DNA from: Octopus sinensis
Taxonomy: Eukaryota
Reading direction: 5' to 3'
DNA length: 5,397 bases
NCBI RefSeq assembly: GCF_006345805.1
Contig: NW_021830069.1
Coordinates: forward strand, 1-5,397
Translations under genes and position numbers: made by a program
Part shown: positions 1 through 5,397 of the stretch, in pieces
Position numbering within the stretch: the first letter of the stretch is position 1
Layout of the letters: each line of letters starts with the position of its first letter
The notes under the pieces: model-generated
What the model was told of the DNA's origin: nothing
The model's input: only the letters and a program-made list of their open reading frames with translations
Database searches by the model: none

Positions 1-241
1 TTTCTTTCCCCCAATCTCATACAACCCAGACATCTATAATGTGTCATCATTACCAATTATCTCCATAAGAATCTATCCTCACGCGACCAATAATCTTGCA
101 CTAAAAGACACACCACTATCTTATGATTTATTGACATCACGAGAACGCATACGTGGTCGCTTCTCTTGCTAGAAATAGCACACAAACCCAAGTAAATCAA
201 ATCAAAGAAAGAAGCCTCAAGAAGATTTTATCTTTGATTGG

Positions 242-513
242 ACAGGATCATATAGTATTTGTTTCTTTATTGCCCACAAGGGACTAAACACAGAGGGGAC
301 AGACAAGGACAGACATAGGTGTCAAGTCCATTACATCGACCCCAATGTATAACTGGTACATAATTTATCGACCCCGAAAGGATGAAAGGCAAAGGTGACC
401 TCGGCGGAATTTGAACCCAGAACGTAACGGCAGACGAAATACGGCTACGCATTTAGCCCGGTGGGGCTAACGATTCTGCCAGCTCGCCGCCTTGAACAGG
501 ATCGTATAGTATT
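242..513. repeat. Target-site duplication of SINE A1: ACAGGATC(A/G)TATAGTATT at 242-259 and 496-513
   Basis: 18-bp direct repeat with 1 mismatch flanking the SINE; extends to 22 bp with 2 mismatches (238-259 / 492-513). Confidence 0.9.
260..493 (-). mobile_element. tRNA-derived SINE, family A, full-length copy A1
   Basis: Minus-strand head AAGGCGGCGAGC-TGGCAGAATCG (A-box-like, 481-471) and GGTTCAAATTCC (B-box-like, 417-406). Colinear with the copy at 4565-4793, including a 46-nt identical run GACCTCGGCGG...GAAATAC. Flanked by a TSD. Confidence 0.92.
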
Positions 514-927
514 ATCGACCAGATGGTTAAATTAGTGACGTATTCGTCATAAGAAGAGTCATACATTTCTGAATGTTGCGTATATATATGTAAAAATATG
601 TGCTGATGTGGGGACTATTCTCTGAGAGAGACCAGCAGTTACCCAATAATTCATTGCGCTCAGACCTTCACGTCAATGACGTGTTTATACACGGGAAATA
701 TTTCCGAACTTGGTAGATACAACTTGACAGCAGCGTTGGTGTATTTATATGTTTGCATATATGCATATATGCATACAACTTGTTACTTCTCACAATATAT
801 TCTTACTTCCAACGTCTCAGCAAAACATTGAGAAGAGAAATTGCAATGTATTGGAGACAAAGTCTTCGATCGATATGAAAGTAAATAATTTAACATCTTT
901 TCCGGCATAGAAATCGACGTAATACTG

Positions 928-1129
928 CGCCATGATAGATCGTTAGCCACTACTTACATTTCTTTCTCTCTTTGTTTCTCTCGTTGATTTTTTTCTGTGT
1001 CCCTTTCCGTAGAAGAGCGTAGGCTCGAAACGTAAAAGACTTTTTCTATTCCTGAGCGTTATACTAATACGTCTGTTTGTTTTCTACACCACCTGCCTAC
1101 GTCTTTTGTTTTATTCGTGAAATCTCCCC
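928..1129 (+). mobile_element. Probable Penelope-like (PLE) terminal-repeat-derived fragment containing a hammerhead-like motif
   Basis: Contains ...GAAGAGCGTAGGCTCGAAACGT..., the stem II/GAAAC signature of minimal PLE hammerheads. The boundaries come from my recollection of a common octopus repeat and are not verifiable inside the window. Confidence 0.4.
999..1040 (+). ncRNA. Degenerate minimal type I hammerhead ribozyme-like motif (probably inactive)
   Basis: Stem I CTTT(1003-1006)/AAAG(1035-1038); core CCGTAGA (1007-1013) versus CUGANGA; extra A1014; stem II GAGC/GCTC with GTAG loop; GAA plus palindromic ACGT (1030-1033); cleavage triplet GUA ending at 1034. Confidence 0.45.
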
Positions 1130-1302
1130 AATTATCACACGCTCACGTGGTCGCACCAGTTGATCCTGCCACCTGTTATCACCCACGAACTTCTCCATTG
1201 GAATGTCTACCTTTCTACCCTTTACGGATTCTCTTTTGGACATTTTACGCTACGGCTGCAACTCTCCTATCTATGGATTACTTTGGACTCTACTTTTGAT
1301 AG

Positions 1303-1420
1303 TATATATACCTACATATATATATATATATAATATAGATATATATATATATATATATATTTATATTATATATATATACATATATACATATATACATTTA
1401 TATATATATATATATGCATA

Positions 1421-1483
<63 letters not shown>

Positions 1484-1497
1484 TACATATATACATT

Positions 1498-1530
<33 letters not shown>

Positions 1531-1545
1531 GTATATACATATACA

Positions 1546-1597
<52 letters not shown>
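1303..1597. repeat. Compound (TA)n microsatellite, about 295 bp, with C/G/T interruptions
   Basis: Read directly from the sequence. Confidence 0.98.
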
Positions 1598-1598
<1 letters not shown>

Positions 1599-1680
1599 TT
1601 TGATACTTTGATACTTTGATAGGTTTCGGCCATTATTGGCCCAGGCCATGTCCAACTTAATAGCACCACCTGGTGCACTA
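1595..1680 (-). mobile_element. Short unique island between TA tracts; possible 3' end of a truncated retroelement with a (CAAAGTAT)3 tail
   Basis: (ATACTTTG)3 at 1595-1618 abuts the TA tract. Short tandem tails are typical of non-LTR element 3' ends. The family assignment is inference only. Confidence 0.3.
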
Positions 1681-1719
1681 AATATATTATATATATATAT
1701 ATATATATACATATATATG
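1681..1719. repeat. (TA)n microsatellite
   Basis: Read directly from the sequence. Confidence 0.95.
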
Positions 1720-1969
1720 TAATCCTTTCTCTTTCTGTCTGAGCCCAATGCATTCTCAAACGACTCAACCAAACGAAATCAAATTTTACATGGTAATACT
1801 ATGAGACCCCAGAAGTGTCAACATGTAACTTTTGGGTTTTAAATCAATGCAATACTACCACTGGTTCCGGTTTGCGTATCAAAACTAGAAGAATAAACGT
1901 GAACACTTCGACGTACTAACAGTTATAAATAGATTGACTTTGATACTGTTTCCCTTTTAAGAGTTTCAC

Positions 1970-2006
<37 letters not shown>
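1970..2006. repeat. (TA)n microsatellite
   Basis: Read directly from the sequence. Confidence 0.95.
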
Positions 2007-2030
2007 CGTTTAGGTGTATATATTCGCTTT

Positions 2031-2153
2031 GCAAGATCGATAGAATAAGTGTAAAATTAGCACCAGGCATCAAAATAGACTCAGGTCGCTTAGTGTGACT
2101 AAAAGTGTTCAAGGTCGTGCTCCAGTATAGCTGCAGTCTCATGCCTGAAAAGT
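2031..2153 (+). mobile_element. Diverged 3' fragment of SINE family B
   Basis: GATAGAATAAGT...GGTCG...GACTAAA...GCTCCAGTATAGCTGCAGTC..ATGCCTGAAA aligns with 2471-2580 (CTCCAGTATGACCGCAGTCAAACGACTGAAA) and with 4030-4131. Confidence 0.75.
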
Positions 2154-2608
2154 GGAGAAAAGTGTCTGAGTGGTAAGAAGTTTTCTTCCCAATAACACAC
2201 ACTCGTACACACTTCCATGGTTTCGGGTTCAGTCCTACTGCGTGGCACCTTGGGAAAGTGTCTTCTTCTATAACCTCGTGCTGATCAAAGCCTTTGCGTG
2301 TAGATTTAGTAGATGAAAACTGAAAGAAGCCCTTCGTATTTATATATAGTAATGTGTGTGTGTGTGTGTGTGTGTGTGTCTTGTGCCTGTTTGTCCCCAC
2401 CCATCATCGCTTGGCAACCGACGTTGTTGTGTTTCCGTCTTTGTAACTTAATGGCTCTACCTAAGACACCGATAGGATGGGTATTAGGCTTATTATAAAG
2501 AATAAGTCCTGGGGTCGATTTCTTCGACTAAACCCTTTAAAGATTTACTCCAGTATGACCGCAGTCAAACGACTGAAACAACTAAAAGAATAAAAGAATA
2601 AAATAAAA
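2154..2608 (+). mobile_element. tRNA-derived SINE, family B, full-length copy B1 with internal (TG)n
   Basis: A-box-like TGTCTGAGTGG (2163-2173), B-box-like GGTTCAGTCC (2226-2235), (TG)13 at 2353-2378, and a (TAAAAGAA)2/A-rich tail at 2583-2608. Colinear with 3714-4157. Confidence 0.9.
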
Positions 2609-2797
2609 TCGCAGACTATTTCCTTCACAATAATAATAAAGGAAGCAATATAAAAAGAAAACAAAAAAAAACAAATATTAAAATCGATGGTTTTTTGCAT
2701 ACAGGTATTTAATCATGCTGGAACTCTTACGGTATTGATCACTTACTAATCGATCATCTATAAATATATGTGAGACTGATAATTTTTACTTTGAACA

Positions 2798-2865
2798 GGG
2801 ATTTCCCGAAAAATAATGCAAAGAAAAAGGATGCAACATGGCGATATATTATGCAACATGGCGGC
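2798..2865 (+). promoter_or_regulatory. Candidate cis-regulatory cluster: kB-type site GGGATTTCCC plus two YY1/Pho-like CAACATGGCG sites
   Basis: GGGATTTCCC (2798-2807) fits GGGRNWYYCC. ATGCAACATGGCG is repeated exactly at 2831-2843 and 2851-2863. CAACATGGCGGC at 2854-2865 fits the YY1 consensus CAANATGGCGGC. Motif match only. Confidence 0.3.
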
Positions 2866-3001
2866 ATCAATAAAGTCTTTATCGGCAAATCAGCAGACGT
2901 TCCGCTGTGATGTCCCGCTTAAACATGCACTTACGTGCTTCTGTATTTTATTTGAATAACGACACTAACGCATTAAATCATAGGGCATATATATCAATAT
3001 G

Positions 3002-3057
3002 CACACACACACTCATACACACACGCTCTCTCACACACACACACACACATACACACG

Positions 3058-3088
<31 letters not shown>

Positions 3089-3184
3089 CAGCATATATAT
3101 TATATATGTATGTGTATATATATAGTATGTATAAGGTATAGATATGTTTATATTATGTATATATATATATATATATATATACAT

Positions 3185-3277
<93 letters not shown>
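3002..3277. repeat. Compound microsatellite: (CA)n at 3002-3077 followed by interrupted (TA)n to about 3277
   Basis: Read directly from the sequence. Confidence 0.97.
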
Positions 3278-3280
<3 letters not shown>

Positions 3281-3340
3281 ATACATACCAAGTCAGTCGG
3301 GTACGTGCGAATAATACCCGACTGACTTGATATGTATACA
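3278..3340. repeat. Near-perfect inverted repeat: 26-bp arms, 11-nt loop
   Basis: TGTATACATACCAAGTCAGTCGGGTA (3278-3303) pairs with TACCCGACTGACTTGATATGTATACA (3315-3340) at 25/26 positions. Confidence 0.95.
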
Positions 3341-3426
3341 TTATTTTGAATAAGTCCAATCATTACTTCTTCGTAAAAAAATTGAGATTTGTCATATTCT
3401 TCCATAACGTTTCTTTTGTCTCCAAG

Positions 3427-3501
3427 CAATCCCTAAAGTCAGGTCCATGGTAAGATTTATTTTTAAATCATGTGCCCAGAGCCAGATAATTGCTTGGAGA
3501 C
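3427..3501 (+). other. Candidate short exon (23 nt to the donor at 3450, or 75 nt to the donor at 3502)
   Basis: Polypyrimidine acceptor TTTCTTTTGTCTCCAAG|C at 3426/3427; donors ATG|GTAAGA (3450) and GAC|GTAAGA (3502). The 75-nt form is open in one frame (IPKVRSMVRFIFKSCAQSQIIAWR). I recognise no homology. Confidence 0.3.
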
Positions 3502-3713
3502 GTAAGACATGCTATATTTATCTGCCTAATGTATAGCAAGAAACAATTTTAAGTAGCATTTTCGTCAATATTATTTTAAATCCTGTGTACACCAAATGAT
3601 ATTCATTTCTCACTGAATGGAGTACATTTTGTTTATGCCTTTAATGAAGGAACATCAACTTATATAATATATTCATATGTATTCCTTATGTATGTATTCA
3701 TATAAATAAATAT

Positions 3714-4157
3714 GACAGTGGAGTGGCTGTGTAGTAAGTAGTTTACTGATCAACCACATAGTTCTGGTTTCAGTCCTGCTGTGTGGCACTTTCGGCAACT
3801 GTTTTCTACTATAGCCGCGGACCGGCCAAACTCTTGTGAGTGAGACGGAACCACAAAGAAGACCTTCGTACACATGTATGTGTGTGTGTGTGGTGTGTGT
3901 GTGTGTTTGTGCGTGCGTGTTTGCGTGTGTGTATGTATGTATGTTTGTGTGTCCGTGTTTGTCTACGCACCACCGCTTGACAACCGATACTGGTGTGTTT
4001 ACGTGCCTCATAAAATTAGCAGTTGGGCAAAAAGAGACCTATAGACTAAGTACTAGGCTTACAAAAAATAAGTCCTGGTGTCTGTTCGACTAAAGGATCG
4101 CTCCAGTATGGCCACATTCAAATGACTGAAACGAATAAAAACAAAGGAAAAAAGAAT
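3714..4157 (+). mobile_element. tRNA-derived SINE, family B, full-length copy B2 with internal compound (TG)n
   Basis: A-box-like TGGCTGTGTAG (3724-3734), B-box-like GTTTCAGTCC (3767-3776), TG-rich tract at 3875-3952 and an A-rich tail. Colinear with 2154-2608. Confidence 0.9.
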
Positions 4158-4203
4158 ATATGTATGTGTTTGTGTGTGTGTGTGTATTATGTACGTATGT
4201 ATA
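4158..4203. repeat. Short TG/TA-rich microsatellite adjoining the SINE B2 tail
   Basis: Read directly from the sequence. Confidence 0.8.
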
Positions 4204-4432
4204 TCATAAAGATCTAGGAGAAATAACTGTGTTCAGCGATGCTTTTGTATAACCAAACAAGGAACGATGTTTTGGAGATATTTTAAGAATGTTCTTGAAT
4301 TAGTGAATGTTTCGCATCTTCCAGAGAAAGGTGAACAGACACAAAGCGACAATTGATTCACAGAGGATGGAAGGAAATGGCGTGAAACAAGAAAATATTC
4401 CCCATATACACGCATAAAGAGAGGTTTATGTA

Positions 4433-4555
4433 CAAGGGATGTATGAAAAGTTTTCAGACTTCAAGGCCTTTGAGACTTGGAGTTTTGTACCTTCATCAGA
4501 AATCTTGTACTATGTTTTGTTTTTTTTAGGCTCAAGACTTTTCATACACCCCTGG
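4433..4555. mobile_element. Tc1/mariner-type MITE, 123 bp
   Basis: 28-bp TIRs: CAAGGGATGTATGAAAAGTTTTCAGACT (4433-4460) versus the reverse complement of 4528-4555, 23/28 identical with a 12-bp perfect core. TA at 4431-4432 on the left. The right TA is AA at 4556-4557 but intact (4806-4807) in the SINE-generated duplicate. The TA|C-x-AGGGG-TGT start resembles mariner TIRs. Confidence 0.8.
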
Positions 4556-4564
4556 AATATATGT

Positions 4565-4793
4565 TTCTTTCTTACTCGCAAGGGGCTAAACACAGAGGGA
4601 AGAACAAGGACAGACAAATGGATTAAGTCGATTATATCGACCTCAGTGCGTAACTAGTACTTAATTTATCGAACCCAAAAGAATGAAAGGAAAAGTCGAC
4701 CTCGGCGGAATTTGAACCCAGAACGTAACGGCAGACGAAATACTGCTACGCATTTCGCCCGGCATGCTAACGATTCTGCCAGTTCGCCGCCTT
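4565..4793 (-). mobile_element. tRNA-derived SINE, family A, full-length copy A2
   Basis: Colinear with 260-493 and has the same A/B-box head. TSD ACACCCCTGGAATATATGT (4546-4564) / ACACCCCTAGTATATATGT (4796-4814), 17/19 identical. Confidence 0.92.
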
Positions 4794-4814
4794 AAACACC
4801 CCTAGTATATATGT

Positions 4815-4852
4815 CTCTCTCTCTCTCTTACTCTCTCTCTCCTCTCTCTCAC
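4815..4852. repeat. Interrupted (CT)n microsatellite
   Basis: Read directly from the sequence. Confidence 0.9.
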
Positions 4853-5397
4853 TATCTCACAATCTATTTGTGTGTGCGTGTGATGCTTTACTGTAGGACT
4901 GAGTTTCATCGCGAGCAGAATTTTCATACAATATACTCTGTACGTAATAGCGGTGTTAGTCGCTCACTCCTTTTTCCTTTCCTTTCTTTGGCGGCAGATG
5001 CTAACATAAATATACTGTCTATTGCTGTGTGTCATCGCCGGAGACTATCTGCTAATTATCCATGATGCGTGTTCATAATACATCTGGTTTATTTGCCTAT
5101 GGGAACTACACTGTTTCAGCAAGCACACCAACACTTCTCTAGACAAACTTGCAAAGAAGATATTTATTGATGTGGTGTATCGAAGTTCCTTCAGGTCAAA
5201 CAATCGCACGTGTGTGGCAGTACGTTGTCTAAAATCACAAGTTTCTAGCTGAGAGAATACAACAACGATCAGATATCAATGCTCAGACCTGCCAAAATAA
5301 TTTTATAAAGTATAGACACATTATTATTTAGATTCTCACTCTGTTGCGTACAGTCCATGAATAATTACGAAATCATCAGACGTCTGCAGATGTCATC

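Noticed and set aside
150-190. GCTAGAAATAGC segment reminiscent of another octopus repeat; ACGTGGTCGC also recurs at 1145-1154
   Set aside because: Memory-based, short and without internal support.
267-452. 61-aa minus-strand ORF, and ORFs 1969-2400, 2313-2498, 3673-4011, 3836-4093 and 4439-4657
   Set aside because: They lie within SINE/MITE sequence or microsatellites and show no protein-like features.
406-491. tRNA-like segments in the SINE heads (also 2154-2240, 3714-3780, 4706-4791)
   Set aside because: A/B boxes are present but continue into SINE bodies with TSDs or tails; these are not tRNA genes.
710-782. 10-bp direct repeat ATACAACTTG (717-726, 773-782) around a segment resembling the family B middle (CTTGACA...TTGGTGTATTTA)
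   Set aside because: The similarity covers only about 25 bp; it cannot be separated from chance without a consensus alignment.
1117-1299. 60-aa ORF, and ORFs 4233-4415 and 4811-5065
   Set aside because: Short, no recognisable domain and no supporting gene structure; expected by chance.
1203-1772. ORFs rich in YI/IY repeats (1203-1619, 1414-1611, 1427-1768, 1497-1772)
   Set aside because: Translations of (TA)n tracts, which have stop-free frames.
2929-2937. Perfect minus-strand donor CAC|GTAAGT overlapping a TACGTG hypoxia-element core
   Set aside because: No plausible upstream exon before the microsatellite; 6-mers like these occur by chance.
2907-3429. ORFs rich in HT/VC/YI repeats (2907-3125, 2978-3286, 2999-3325, 3153-3359, 3184-3429)
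   Set aside because: Mostly (CA)n/(TA)n translation. Only the non-repetitive start of 3184-3429 is noted, as an alternative exon hypothesis.
4965-5010. Long polypyrimidine tract followed by GGCAG|ATG
   Set aside because: The ATG frame stops after three codons and no matching donor is evident.
5111-5225. Possible exon TTTCAG|C...; frame KHTNTSLDKLAKKIFIDVVYRSSFR with donors at 5195 or 5220
   Set aside because: Short pyrimidine tract, weak donors and no recognisable homology; would need RNA-seq junction reads.
5377-5394. Overlapping palindromes CAGACGTCTG and GACGTCTGCAGATGTC
   Set aside because: Short and at the window edge, with no context to evaluate.
1-5397. CRISPR array, rRNA, operon or prokaryotic/viral system
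   Set aside because: No regularly spaced repeat-spacer array and no long ORFs; composition and repeats are those of a metazoan genome.

Overview
Non-coding, AT-rich, repeat-dense animal DNA (intronic or intergenic). I recognise the SINE families from memory as octopus (coleoid cephalopod) type; this was not verified by a search. No ORF in the track is credible as a protein: each is microsatellite translation, SINE-internal or short and unsupported. Supported content: two full minus-strand copies of a tRNA-derived SINE ('family A'), each with an 18-19 bp TSD; two full plus-strand copies and one 3' fragment of a second tRNA-derived SINE ('family B') carrying an internal (TG)n; a 123-bp Tc1/mariner-type MITE whose right end was duplicated by a family A insertion; a probable Penelope-like repeat fragment with a degenerate minimal hammerhead ribozyme fold; and several (TA)n, (CA)n and (CT)n tracts. 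The most interesting unexplained structures lie in the unique DNA. One is a near-perfect 63-nt hairpin (3278-3340). Next to it is a candidate 23/75-nt exon whose acceptor and distal donor are complementary to each other (3412-3507). There are also tandem YY1-like plus kB-like sites (2798-2865), a CTCF-like site between TA tracts, and a CRE/palindrome cluster (536-705).
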